Shown: positions 36,901 to 46,003 of the stretch, piece by piece
How positions within the stretch are numbered: position 1 is the first letter of the stretch
Layout: every line of letters starts with the position of its first letter
NCBI GenBank assembly: GCA_035628505.1
Contig: DASPJR010000104.1
Span: 1,468 to 65,467, forward strand
DNA from: Planctomycetota bacterium
GTDB lineage: Bacteria; Planctomycetota; SZUA-567; H5-PLA8
Direction: 5' to 3'
DNA length: 64,000 nucleotides
Made by a program: the position numbers and the translations under genes
Notes under the pieces: model-generated
Told to the model about the DNA's origin: nothing
Seen by the model: only the letters and a program-made list of their open reading frames with translations
The model's database searches: none

Positions 36901-38193
36901 TTATTTGACAAGTTCACCGACCAGCAGGATTGCGCCGGGATAGAAGGCCGTTCCGTTGAAGCGTTCCGGCTTATCCATCTTCTCGTTGCGTTGCGACAGA
37001 ATCTTAGCCTTGTCAGGCTGCTCGGGATGAATCTCGATCTTCACCGAATGCTCGGCGTCCGGCAGGTCGCTGGCGATCAGTAGCGTCGCGAGCCGGTGAT
37101 AGGTGCAGAACGCATCAAAGCGCGCAACCGTGCGCGGGGGCTGATTGTCGAGCGTGATCGTGACCTGGCCGCAGTCGGGCCCGATGATGTCATAAATCGC
37201 GCAGCGCGTGCCCTTGAATTTGAACACAATGCTCTCCCCCGGCTGCGAACCCTTGTGCAGCGACGTCATGCGCTCTTTCCAGCGCTTGCCGAAGTCGTCC
37301 TTCTGCGGATCGAGAAAGACAAAGCCCTTTGAGAGCGTCGCATCGGTGATCGGCAGCAGCTTCGCATTCTCGTAATTGGCGGCGCTGAATGGCTGCGGCA
37401 GCGCGTGCGGGCCGCGCGTTTTGGAAGCCTCCTTGATCGCGGGAAGCGAACGCACGATCGCCTGCAGGTAGAGCTCGTGTCCGGTCTCGGAATACGGATG
37501 AACGCCGTCATTGGCAAAGACGACCTTGTCGCCGAGCGCTTTCTTTTCCTCATCAGTCTTCGGCAGCGGCGCCTTCCACAGCAGCTTGCCTTCCTTTGCC
37601 AACCGCGCGACTTCCATGGCCATGTGAATGGTCGGGATACCGTACGTGTCGGCGAGTTTTTCCATGGCGCTGGCAGAGCGCTGGAATTTTCCTTCGAGCA
37701 TCGGAGGGGAAAGCTGTTCCGTGAGCGTGTAGACGAAGCAGATGTCGCAGTTCGGCAGCGTCTTCCAGGTCTGGCGCACGATGCCTTCCATGCAGCGGTA
37801 AATCTGCTCAGGCGGCGCGCCGCCATCGTTCACCGCGAATTCAACGAAAAGCAGATCCGGGTTTTTATCGAGCACGTCCTGCTTGAGACGGAAGACGCCA
37901 AGGTCCGATCCGGTTCCACCGATAGCGGCGTTGATTTCTGAGAACTTCGCGTCGGGAAAAGCCGCTTTGAAGTGTGCCAGCGTCTTTGGCCGCCAGCCGT
38001 TCTGAGCCGTGATCGAGCCGCCAAAATAGGCGATCTTCACGTCCGCGCCCGCAGTGGCCGCCTTAGCGAAAAAATTTGGCAAGCCCGCGCGTGGCCTGCA
38101 CTCCTGCGCCGGAACGAGCGCGAGATCTTCGCCGGCGCATGTGGCCGGCAAAAAAACAAAAATTGAGAAGAAAAGGGAGGCGATCAGCCGCAT
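36901..38193 (-). CDS. SGNH/GDSL hydrolase family protein, secreted (likely carbohydrate esterase) with C-terminal beta domain
   Basis: Signal peptide. Block I FGGSIT (GDS-like Ser). Block III FVEFAVNDG. Block V DGVHP. Confidence 0.75.
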   Translation of the reverse strand: MRLIASLFFSIFVFLPATCAGEDLALVPAQECRPRAGLPNFFAKAATAGADVKIAYFGGSITAQNGWRPKTLAHFKAAFPDAKFSEINAAIGGTGSDLGVFRLKQDVLDKNPDLLFVEFAVNDGGAPPEQIYRCMEGIVRQTWKTLPNCDICFVYTLTEQLSPPMLEGKFQRSASAMEKLADTYGIPTIHMAMEVARLAKEGKLLWKAPLPKTDEEKKALGDKVVFANDGVHPYSETGHELYLQAIVRSLPAIKEASKTRGPHALPQPFSAANYENAKLLPITDATLSKGFVFLDPQKDDFGKRWKERMTSLHKGSQPGESIVFKFKGTRCAIYDIIGPDCGQVTITLDNQPPRTVARFDAFCTYHRLATLLIASDLPDAEHSVKIEIHPEQPDKAKILSQRNEKMDKPERFNGTAFYPGAILLVGELVK

Positions 38194-38291
38194 GACGAGA
38201 GCTCCTCATAGTTTGAATTGCCGGATCATACAGGGACTCGAGCAGAGGTCTATCGTTTGCGCAAATGCCCAGCGGGCCTGGAGGTGAAGAT

Positions 38292-38549
38292 ATGCATATC
38301 ATCGGATGGATTTTCTTCGGGTTAGTTGTCGGTGCGCTCGCGAAGCTCTTCATGCCCGGACGCGATCCGGGTGGGATTTTTGTGACGATGCTTCTGGGCA
38401 TCTCCGGATCACTGCTCGGCGGTTTTATCGGGCGGGCGATCGGCGGAGCTGGCACGCCGTCCGGCTGGATCGGCTCCATCGTCTGTGCGATGCTGCTGCT
38501 GCTTCTCTATAGATTGATTGTCCGCCCGCCGACGCACCGGCATCCGTAG
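38292..38549 (+). CDS. GlsB/YeaQ/YmgE family stress-response membrane protein
   Basis: MHIIGWIFFGLVVGALAKLFMPGRDPGG..LLGISGSLLGGFIGRAIG. Typical transglycosylase-associated family sequence. GGAGGTG RBS before ATG 38292. Confidence 0.8.
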   Translation: MHIIGWIFFGLVVGALAKLFMPGRDPGGIFVTMLLGISGSLLGGFIGRAIGGAGTPSGWIGSIVCAMLLLLLYRLIVRPPTHRHP

Positions 38550-38605
38550 TTCCCGGTGCTTGATGCGGAATCGAATCACTGTGGGCACTGCGAGCCCGAA
38601 CACTG

Positions 38606-38661
38606 CGGCTCCCTCTCCCCTTGCGGCCTGGCGGGAGAGGGATGGGGCGAGGGGTTAGCCG
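38606..38661. repeat. GC-rich palindromic element (CCCTCTCCCCTTGCGG...GGGAGAGGG...GAGGGGTTAGCCGC)
   Basis: Direct reading. Same motif family as 62463..62503, 62655..62696 and 10698..10720. Confidence 0.6.
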
Positions 38662-38833
38662 CAGCAGAAGTCAACGCGTTGCCAATCATCAGCCGCGCAA
38701 CAGATCGAGTCAGTTTGACTTGTCATGCCCGTCAGGTTGTCAGCCCTCTAAGGCCCTCTAACACCCTCAATGGCCCTCAAGAGCCCTTGCGTCCCAAAAT
38801 CAAAATTTCATCCGCCGTATATGGAAGGGTTCC

Positions 38834-38876
38834 CGATTGCGGATTGCGGATTTCGGATTGCGGATTGGCGATCGGG
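38834..38876. repeat. heptanucleotide tandem repeat (GATTGCG/GATTTCG)n, about 6 units
   Basis: cGATTGCGGATTGCGGATTTCGGATTGCGGATTGGCGATCGG. Unit is the reverse complement of the CGAAATC heptamer that builds the MITE termini. Confidence 0.7.
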
Positions 38877-38883
38877 CGTTTCA

Positions 38884-38975
38884 GTGCAGTTTAGTGCGAT
38901 TCGATGCAATTGAGTGCCATTCGGTGCAGTTGAGTGCGATTCAGGTAATTTGAATGCATTTCGATGCTTTTCGAC
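38884..38975. repeat. degenerate 21-bp tandem repeat, about 4.5 copies (consensus GCAGTTGAGTGCGATTCGGT-like)
   Basis: gcagtttagtgcgattcgat / gcaattgagtgccattcggt / gcagttgagtgcgattcagg / taatttgaatgcatttcgat / gcttttcga read directly. Confidence 0.6.
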
Positions 38976-39039
38976 AGCTAGACTTCCAAAATCAATATTT
39001 CATCCGTCGTATAGATGTAACGCGACTTGCCAGGTAGCC

Positions 39040-39107
39040 TCCCGCTGGGACCGCCGGCGTCCCGCTCGAACAGCCGGCCTCCCGCTGGGACCGCCGGCGT
39101 CCCGCGG
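39040..39107. repeat. two 28-bp direct repeats (CCTCCCGCTGGGACCGCCGGCGTCCCGC) separated by 12 bp
   Basis: Direct reading. Followed by inverted repeat CCGGTGGC..GCCACCGG and by a 13-bp inverted repeat GGACATTAGCCGG (39134) / CCGGCTAATGTCC (39310). Confidence 0.6.
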
Positions 39108-39777
39108 GCCCGTGCGCTCCGGAGGAGCGCCCGGACATTAGCCGGTGGCAAGCGCGCAGCGCGTGGCCACCGGAAATAATCGCCAATCATTGGTTCCGCG
39201 CCTTGGAAGGGCGCCGCAACAACGCGCGGTTCATCCGGCGCCCCGCTTGGGCGCTTGATCGTAAATCGACGCTGTATTCCGGGCGCGCTCGCTGCCGCTC
39301 GCTAGCCGCCCGGCTAATGTCCAGGCGCCTCTCCGAGGCGCCTAGTGGCGCGAACTTCAGTTCGCGAGTGTATGTAACGCCAATTTTCAATTCGCGAATC
39401 ACTTTACACTCACGGGTTTACTCGCCGCTTGAAAAGCGGCGTTACATCGCGGCCACAGCACCATCGAAATCAATCTCTGCGTACTCTGCGCTCTCTGCGC
39501 CTCTGCGTTGAAGTCGTTATTCCGTTTGGCACCCGTCAAAAAGGGGGACAAGTGTGACGAAGCGCCCGAGCCGCCGTTTCTTGACCGCTGGTCAATGATG
39601 AAAACGTTGCGCACGCAGTGGCTCAACGGGATGATTGAGGGTTTCGGATAACGCTCCGGACGAACGGCACCGGAGATCGCCGTAGCCATGACGAGCAGGC
39701 GGAAATCTGAAAAATGCCGTACGTTCTCTACGATGGCGTACAACAGTATGTACAACATGCATTGTGGAGGATACTTC

Positions 39778-42234
39778 ATGAACGTACTGCGTTGGGTTGC
39801 CGGGGTCGTTGTACTGGTAGCGGCTCCTCTATATGGAGGCGAGGAGCGGGTGCAGGTCAGTGGGCGCTACCCGCACCTGGTCATGTTCAACAAACAGGGC
39901 GAGTGCGGCACCGGCGCGGTGGTTGAATGGGCCGGTAAGCTCTGGGCAATCACCTACGCGCCGCACAAACCGGAAGGCTCGGACGATAAGCTCTACGAGA
40001 TCGACGCCGACCTCAATCAGGTGATCCGCAAAGAAAGCGTCGGCGGTACGCCCGCGGCGCGCATGATCCACAAGGAATCCAACCAGCTTCTGATCGGGCC
40101 GTACCTCATCGACGATCAGCGGAAAGTCCGCGTGATTCCGCCGTCAAAAATGTTTGGCCGCATCTCGGCCGTGACGCGGCACCTGACCGATCCGGCGAAC
40201 AAAGTTTATTACTTCGACATGGAAGGCCTCATCTACGAAGCCGACGTTAAGACGCTTGAAGTGAAACTGCTCTACAAGCGCGCGATTCCCGGCTGGCACG
40301 GCAAAGGCGCGTACACCGCACAGGGACACCTTGTCATCGCGAACAACGGAGAACACGAAGCGGCCAGCGTAAACAAGTTCAAACCGTTCGACTACCAGGT
40401 TCAGTTCGAAATGGGCGGTGAGAATGCCGGAGGCCTCGGTGACTGGGACGGCAAGACATGGAAGCTCGAAGAGCGCCGGCAGTTTACTGAAGTGACCGGT
40501 CCGGGCGGAATCTACGGCACACCCTCGCCCGAAGCGCCGCTCTGGTCTGTCGGATGGGACAAGCGCTCGCTGCTGCTGAAAGTCCTCGACGGATCCTGGC
40601 AAACGTACCGCGTGCCCAAGGCCGATTACTCGTATGATGGCACGCACGGCTGGCACACCGAGTGGCCGCGCATCCGCGAAGTGGTTCCTGAAAAAGACGG
40701 CAAAGCCGCGAAGCTGCTGATGAACATGCACGGCGGCTGGTTCGACTTCCCAAAGACGTTCAGCGCGAAAGACGCCTCGGGCCTGAAGCCGGTTGCGTCG
40801 TACCTGAAAATCACGGGCGACTTCGCGCCTTGGAAAGACAGCATCGTCTTCGCCTGCGACGATGTCGCGGCGTCGGGCTTTTCATCGAGCGGCTTCGATC
40901 CGCTCAACTCGCTGAACGGACAGTCGCAGTCGAACCTGTGGTTCTCGACGTGGGACAACCTGGCGCAGTGTGGACGCCCGGCCGGCTACGGTGGACCGTG
41001 GATGGGCGACAGCGTGAAAGCGAACGCGCCTTCGATTCCATATCTTTTCGCAGGCTACACGCAGCGCGTGCTGCATCTCTCGCACGAAACGGACGCGGAT
41101 GTTGCATTCACGATCGAAATTGACGCCGATGGCAAGGGTGCGTGGAAGGAACTCCAGAAGATCAGCGTGCCTGCGAAGGGTTACACCTTCCACATCTTTC
41201 CTGCCGACACGGCAGGCCAATGGGTTCGTCTCAAGACAGACCGTGACGCCGCGAACGTGAATGCGTACTTCCACTATGGGCCCGGCGGCGGAACGGCTGA
41301 AGACCGTTCGAAATTTGCGGCGCTGAGTGATGTCAGTGACGCTGCCCCGTGGATCAGCGCCGTCATGCGCGCCGAAGGGGAAGGCAAATGCAATCTCGCA
41401 GTGCTCGCCAATGCCGTGGATAACTCTGGCAACGCCAGCCCCGCCAGGTTCGTCCAGGTGGACGGCGAGATGAAAGCCGCGCCGATCGAAGCGGAGAGTA
41501 AGTCCGCCAAATTCCTGCAGGAAAAAGTCGTTGTGAAGAAACAGCAGTCAATCACGAGCGACGCTGCGTCCATCATCGTGGTCGAAGACAAAGTGCGCTA
41601 CCGACTGCCGAAGTCAAGCGATGCCTACGACAAGGAATTCGCTACGGGCTGGCCACGCACCGTCCGGGAGGTCGTCACAGAACGCTCGCTGATGAATGCC
41701 GGCGGCAGCTTTTATGTCCTCCCACGCACGAATTCGGGCGGCGTGGCGCACATCAAGCCAGTCTGCACGCACAACAAGCGCATCGTCGATTTCTGCTCCT
41801 GGCGCGGCCTGATGGTGATGAGCGGGACGCGAGCTGACGCGAAGGCGGACGGCCACTATTTCAGCTTCGGCGGCGACATGCCGGGGGGCCTCTGGTATGG
41901 CGACATTGATGATCTCTGGAAGATGGGCAAGCCGAAAGGACAGGGCGGGCCGTGGCTGGAAACGAACGTGAAAGCCAACCAGCCCAGCGATGCGTACCTG
42001 ATGACCGGCTACGAAAAAAAAAGCGTGAAGCTCAGCCACAATTCAACGCTCTTGGTGAAGATGACGCTCGAAGTTGATTTCCTCGCGACCGGCGAATGGA
42101 AGGTGTATCAGACGATTGAAGTGCCAGCGGGCCAGACGCTGACTCATGAATTCCCCGCAGGTTACTCCGCGCACTGGATCCGCGTGCGCGCCAACAGGGA
42201 TTGCCGAGCGACCGCGGCATTCACCTATGAATAA
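39778..42234 (+). CDS. hypothetical exported protein (818 aa) with internally duplicated ~100-aa C-terminal domain
   Basis: ATG 39778 with GGAGG RBS. Signal peptide MNVLRWVAGVVVLVAAPLYG. Two homologous segments GGPWMGDSVKANAPS...YFHY and GGPWLETNVKANQPS...FTYE. No family recognised. Confidence 0.65.
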   Translation: MNVLRWVAGVVVLVAAPLYGGEERVQVSGRYPHLVMFNKQGECGTGAVVEWAGKLWAITYAPHKPEGSDDKLYEIDADLNQVIRKESVGGTPAARMIHKESNQLLIGPYLIDDQRKVRVIPPSKMFGRISAVTRHLTDPANKVYYFDMEGLIYEADVKTLEVKLLYKRAIPGWHGKGAYTAQGHLVIANNGEHEAASVNKFKPFDYQVQFEMGGENAGGLGDWDGKTWKLEERRQFTEVTGPGGIYGTPSPEAPLWSVGWDKRSLLLKVLDGSWQTYRVPKADYSYDGTHGWHTEWPRIREVVPEKDGKAAKLLMNMHGGWFDFPKTFSAKDASGLKPVASYLKITGDFAPWKDSIVFACDDVAASGFSSSGFDPLNSLNGQSQSNLWFSTWDNLAQCGRPAGYGGPWMGDSVKANAPSIPYLFAGYTQRVLHLSHETDADVAFTIEIDADGKGAWKELQKISVPAKGYTFHIFPADTAGQWVRLKTDRDAANVNAYFHYGPGGGTAEDRSKFAALSDVSDAAPWISAVMRAEGEGKCNLAVLANAVDNSGNASPARFVQVDGEMKAAPIEAESKSAKFLQEKVVVKKQQSITSDAASIIVVEDKVRYRLPKSSDAYDKEFATGWPRTVREVVTERSLMNAGGSFYVLPRTNSGGVAHIKPVCTHNKRIVDFCSWRGLMVMSGTRADAKADGHYFSFGGDMPGGLWYGDIDDLWKMGKPKGQGGPWLETNVKANQPSDAYLMTGYEKKSVKLSHNSTLLVKMTLEVDFLATGEWKVYQTIEVPAGQTLTHEFPAGYSAHWIRVRANRDCRATAAFTYE

Positions 42235-42319
42235 CGGTAAGGGTTGAACCGCCAAGACGCCCAGGCTCCAAGGGGAAGTGGGCAAGTGACGGTGGGCAGG
42301 GGAACAGGAAAAAATAGAA

Positions 42320-42448
42320 GCACGAAATGCGAAGTTCGAATTCTGAATACCAAATGTTCGAAACAGCTCGGCGCTCACCCGTTTCGAACATTCCATCATT
42401 CGAACTTTTGAGCATTGTTTCGGATTTAGAAATTCGAATGTCGGATTT
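42320..42448. repeat. MITE-like element copy B (about 130 bp, inverted relative to A) with palindromic core AATGTTCGAAAC-N16-GTTTCGAACATT
   Basis: AAGCACGAAATGCGAAGTTCGAATTC...AATGTTCGAAACagctcggcgctcacccGTTTCGAACATT...TTGTTTCGGATTTAGAAATTCGAATGTCGGATTT. Confidence 0.7.
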
Positions 42449-42466
42449 AATGTTGGAGAGCAACGA

Positions 42467-43333
42467 TTGCTGAATCGCTCTTTACCGACTCCTTGCCGCC
42501 TCGGCGTCTTGGCGGTTCTAAGCAGTTCGCTTTTTGCCGGCGAGCGGCCGGAGCTCGGCGAGACGCTGAAGCCGTCGCGTGAAATCGTCTACAAGAAAGT
42601 CGGCGACCGCGAGCTGCGCCTGTTTGTATTCGAGCCCACTGGACACACGAGCAACGATGCGCGCCCGGCGCTGCTGGCGATTCACGGCGGTGGTTGGGCA
42701 GGCGGCGCGCCGAACACAGAGTTTTATCTCGCGAATGCGATGGCTGAGCGCGGCATGATCGGCTTCGCGCTCGAGTACCGCTTGATCAAAGGCAAAGCAT
42801 CGACCGTATTCGAATGCGTCAAAGACGGCCGCAGCGCCGTGCGCTACTTGCGCTCTCACGCCAAAGAACTCGGAATCGATCCGAATCGAATTGTCGTCGC
42901 TGGCGGTTCGGCTGGAGGTCATGTCGCCGCATCGACTGCGCTGCTCGACGAGATCAACGAAAGCAGCGACGATCTTGCGATCGACCCGCATCCAAACGTG
43001 CTGATTTTGCGCTACGCCGTGCTGGACACGTCGAAGGAAGGATATGGATCAGGAACGATCGGCGCGCGCTGGAAGGAGCTTTCGCCGCTGCATCACGTCC
43101 GCAAAAACATGCCGCCGGCACTGCTCTTTCACGGCACGGCCGACACTGTGACGCCCTATAAGAACGCGACAGATTTTCGCGATGCGATGATCGCCGCCGG
43201 AAACAAATGCGAGCTAATCACTGCTGAAGGCGCCACTCACGGCCATGTGCGGCTCGATCCCAAACGTGCCGCGCAGGCAGTGGTGGATACGGTGAAGTTC
43301 TTGAATGGGCTGGGATACAAGCTGAAGGGGTGA
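42467..43333 (+). CDS. alpha/beta hydrolase (esterase/lipase family), secreted
   Basis: HGGGW oxyanion-hole motif, GGSAGG nucleophile elbow, signal peptide. TTG start as given in the track. Confidence 0.75.
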   Translation: MLNRSLPTPCRLGVLAVLSSSLFAGERPELGETLKPSREIVYKKVGDRELRLFVFEPTGHTSNDARPALLAIHGGGWAGGAPNTEFYLANAMAERGMIGFALEYRLIKGKASTVFECVKDGRSAVRYLRSHAKELGIDPNRIVVAGGSAGGHVAASTALLDEINESSDDLAIDPHPNVLILRYAVLDTSKEGYGSGTIGARWKELSPLHHVRKNMPPALLFHGTADTVTPYKNATDFRDAMIAAGNKCELITAEGATHGHVRLDPKRAAQAVVDTVKFLNGLGYKLKG

Positions 43334-43376
43334 ATAACCGCTCCACAGAAGAGACATCGAGAGTAGTAAGGACCTC

Positions 43377-43516
43377 GAAGTTCCAAATTCCGAAATTTGA
43401 AACAAGTTCAAATGACCGAAAGACAAATGTTCGAAACGGATGGCATCCACCCGTTTCGAACATTCGTCATTTGAGATTTTGAATTTGTTTCGGATTTCGA
43501 AATTCGGATTTCGAGT
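43377..43516. repeat. MITE-like element copy C (about 140 bp) with core AATGTTCGAAAC-N15-GTTTCGAACATT
   Basis: GAAGTTCCAAATTCCGAAATTTGAAACAAG...AAATGTTCGAAACggatggcatccacccGTTTCGAACATTC...TTTGTTTCGGATTTCGAAATTCGGATTTCGAG. Abuts the stop codon of the PQQ gene. Confidence 0.7.
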
Positions 43517-44752
43517 TTACTTCGCTTTCACGTCGTAACACAGCAGCACGTCCTGGTCGCGAATGTAAAGTTTTCCGCCGGCGATGACCGGATGCGCCCA
43601 GCTGTGGGCTTTGCTGCGATCGGGCGGATCGAAGCGGCCTTTCTCTTTGTACGCTGCCGGCGTGGCTTCGACGAGGGCGATGCTGCCGGGGCCGCTTTCG
43701 CCGCGCATGTACAGGTGGCCGTCGGCGTAGGCGATGGCGCCCTTGCCGACACCTTTATCGCTCCAGGCAACGTTGCCCGTCTTCAGTTCCATGCACGTCC
43801 AGCCGCCGGAGTCGTTGAAGCCGTAAACGTGATCGCCGACTCGGATGACGCCGCCATGATGATTCTTCATCGACTTGTTCGCGTAAATCTGGTTTGTGCT
43901 GAACGCGCCGTTCTCAGCTTTCACTGCGAATGCATTGCAGCCGACGCCATAGCCGCTCGTGACGTAGACGAGGCCTTCGTGATAAATTGGCGTGCTGATC
44001 ACGGCGGTCGCACCAGCGCGGTCAGCGCGCCAGAGCAGCTTTCCATCCTTCGCACCGATGCCCGCCACACTCTGGCCGGTCAGCTGCAGGTACTGCGGCA
44101 CGCCGCCGATTTCGGCCGGCACAACCGAGGAATACGCCGCTGCATCCTTATAATCAGCCGTGCGCCAGACCAGTTCGCCGGTGGTCTTCTTCAGTGCAAG
44201 CACCGTGCCCTTCGGTCCGCCTGGCGTGAGAATAACGAGTTCGCCGTCAATCAGCGGCGATTCGCTATAACCCCAGCCCGACATCATTTTGCCGCCAAAG
44301 TCTTTTTCCATGTGCTTGCGCCAGACTTCGGCGCCGGTTTTTCCGTGGACACAGACGATTTCGCCGTACTGGCTCATGCCGATGACCACATCGCCCGAAA
44401 TCGCCGGCGTGCAGCGCGTGCCTGGATAACCGCCGCCGCCACCCACGCCGCCAACCTTCGCCGTCCACAGCACTTTACCGCTGAGATCGAGTGCGATGAT
44501 GCAGCTGTTGCCCTGCACGTCGCCCATCGTGAAGACTTTGCCGCCCGAAACAGAGACGCTCGAAAAGCCCGCGCCAACTCCCGTTGCGCGCCACGCCAGC
44601 GGCGGCCCCGCAGCCGGCCACTGTTTGAGCAAGCCTGTTTCGGTCGAGAGTCCGTCGCGCTTGGGGCCGCGCCACTGCGGCCAGTCGCCTTCTCCACCAA
44701 ACGCGGAGATGTTAATCAGAACCAGGAGAAGAAGTGTGCGAAGCGCGGCCAT
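43517..44752 (-). CDS. PQQ-like beta-propeller repeat protein, secreted
   Basis: Repeated ..G.VY..S.DG.L.ALD..TGK..W.. blades. Start set at ATG 44752 (signal peptide MAALRTLLLLVLINISAFG, GGAG RBS). Confidence 0.75.
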   Translation of the reverse strand: MAALRTLLLLVLINISAFGGEGDWPQWRGPKRDGLSTETGLLKQWPAAGPPLAWRATGVGAGFSSVSVSGGKVFTMGDVQGNSCIIALDLSGKVLWTAKVGGVGGGGGYPGTRCTPAISGDVVIGMSQYGEIVCVHGKTGAEVWRKHMEKDFGGKMMSGWGYSESPLIDGELVILTPGGPKGTVLALKKTTGELVWRTADYKDAAAYSSVVPAEIGGVPQYLQLTGQSVAGIGAKDGKLLWRADRAGATAVISTPIYHEGLVYVTSGYGVGCNAFAVKAENGAFSTNQIYANKSMKNHHGGVIRVGDHVYGFNDSGGWTCMELKTGNVAWSDKGVGKGAIAYADGHLYMRGESGPGSIALVEATPAAYKEKGRFDPPDRSKAHSWAHPVIAGGKLYIRDQDVLLCYDVKAK

Positions 44753-44991
44753 GCAATGTTCTCCGAAAGGGTGAGCGCTAAAGGCGCTCTGAGGCATTTT
44801 CGCCAGACGCAGGTTTCTGACAAGCACGTTCAACGCGGCAAGATGTGTCATCAGGTGTGGTCCTCTGATAATACAAGACTCACCTTGTGAGGGATTTACT
44901 GCGCCCGGAGTTAAAAATCAGGATGACCCTGCCCGGTCTTGCCCCTGCGGCGGAGAGGGTGTAAACTCCTGACGCTCTTGAAATTGCATTT

Positions 44992-45867
44992 ATGTGGGAA
45001 CAGGCCATGCGGCTTCGACTTTTATCTTTGTCTCTGCTCGCGCTGGCGTGCGTGTTTTTTACGCCGGGCTGCGAGGAAGCGCGCGGTCTGGACCCGCGCG
45101 AGCGCGCCGCCATGACCGTTGTGTTCGAAGAAGCGCGTGCGCTTGACGAGCAGGGCCGCTACCACGAAGCGCTCGTGCGCTATGAAACAGTGCTCGCGCG
45201 GCACCCGCAGTTCATGTCCACTCGTCTGAACGCGGCGATGGCGGCGTACGATGCGGGCGCGTACGAAAAAGCGCGCGGCCATTTCGAAGTGCTCCACAAG
45301 TACGGGCCGGGCGACTGGTTCGTAATTCGTAAACTTATCCAGTGCTGCGAGCGCCTCAACGACAAGGAAGGCGTCGAAAGCTACCGCGCGAAATTAGAAA
45401 AGCTGCGCCAGCAGGCGGCTGGCAGCGTGGTGCTCAAGCGCTATGAAGGTCTCACTCGTGATTACATCCCGGTTGGATCGATGCATCTGATCGGCTATGA
45501 ATTCTTCGAGCCCAAAAAACACGGGCGGCTCTGGTTTTTCCGGCTCGAAGACAAGAACAAAGCGCCCGTGACTGCATTCCTGCTCGAAGCCACGCCCTTT
45601 CACGACAACAGCGGCAGACGTTTGTTCAGCCTGACCGAAGCGACCAACGGGTGGATGCGCATCTGGCACGTCGGCGTTGAAGGCCGCGAGTACGCGTGGA
45701 CGCGCGATGTTGTGCTCAGCTGTCTGCAGGGCAAGCGCCAGCCGCTGGTGGTCAAGCCGCTGCCCGCCGATTACGAAGTGCTCGCTGCGCCGGACTCAGC
45801 TCGGATCCCAAGTGAAGGAAAAGAACCACCGTCAGAGAAAGCGCCGATAGACGCAGAGAAAAAGTAA
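44992..45867 (+). CDS. hypothetical lipoprotein with TPR-like N-terminal region
   Basis: Signal peptide plus lipobox-like (LALACVFFTPGC). No specific family recognised. Confidence 0.55.
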   Translation: MWEQAMRLRLLSLSLLALACVFFTPGCEEARGLDPRERAAMTVVFEEARALDEQGRYHEALVRYETVLARHPQFMSTRLNAAMAAYDAGAYEKARGHFEVLHKYGPGDWFVIRKLIQCCERLNDKEGVESYRAKLEKLRQQAAGSVVLKRYEGLTRDYIPVGSMHLIGYEFFEPKKHGRLWFFRLEDKNKAPVTAFLLEATPFHDNSGRRLFSLTEATNGWMRIWHVGVEGREYAWTRDVVLSCLQGKRQPLVVKPLPADYEVLAAPDSARIPSEGKEPPSEKAPIDAEKK

Positions 45868-45871
45868 ATAC

Positions 45872-46003
45872 AGAATCCGAATTTCGAAACTCGAAACAAA
45901 TTCAGATGTTCAAAAGAATTAAGGATTAAAACGTCGCGCGCAATTGTTTCGAACTTTCCAACCTTGGAGCTTTAAATTTGTTTCGGATTTCGTGCTTCGG
46001 ATT
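45872..46003. repeat. MITE-like element copy D (about 130 bp)
   Basis: CAGAATCCGAATTTCGAAACTCGAAACAAATTCAGATGTTCAAAAG...TTGTTTCGAACTTTCC...AAATTTGTTTCGGATTTCGTGCTTCGGATT. Its right terminus contains the TTG start (45978) of the downstream gene. Confidence 0.7.

Noticed and set aside
38556-38894. 112-aa ORF (SPCGLAGEGWGEG...) and other ORFs inside the 38.55-39.78 kb region
   Set aside because: Composed of translated repeat elements. No RBS. Low-complexity. These repeat units are found in non-coding contexts elsewhere in the window.
38834-39107. Possible CRISPR array suggested by multiple short direct repeats
   Set aside because: Repeats are heterogeneous (7-bp, 21-bp, 28-bp, 30-bp families), not regularly spaced with unique spacers of constant length. 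No cas genes are present in the window.
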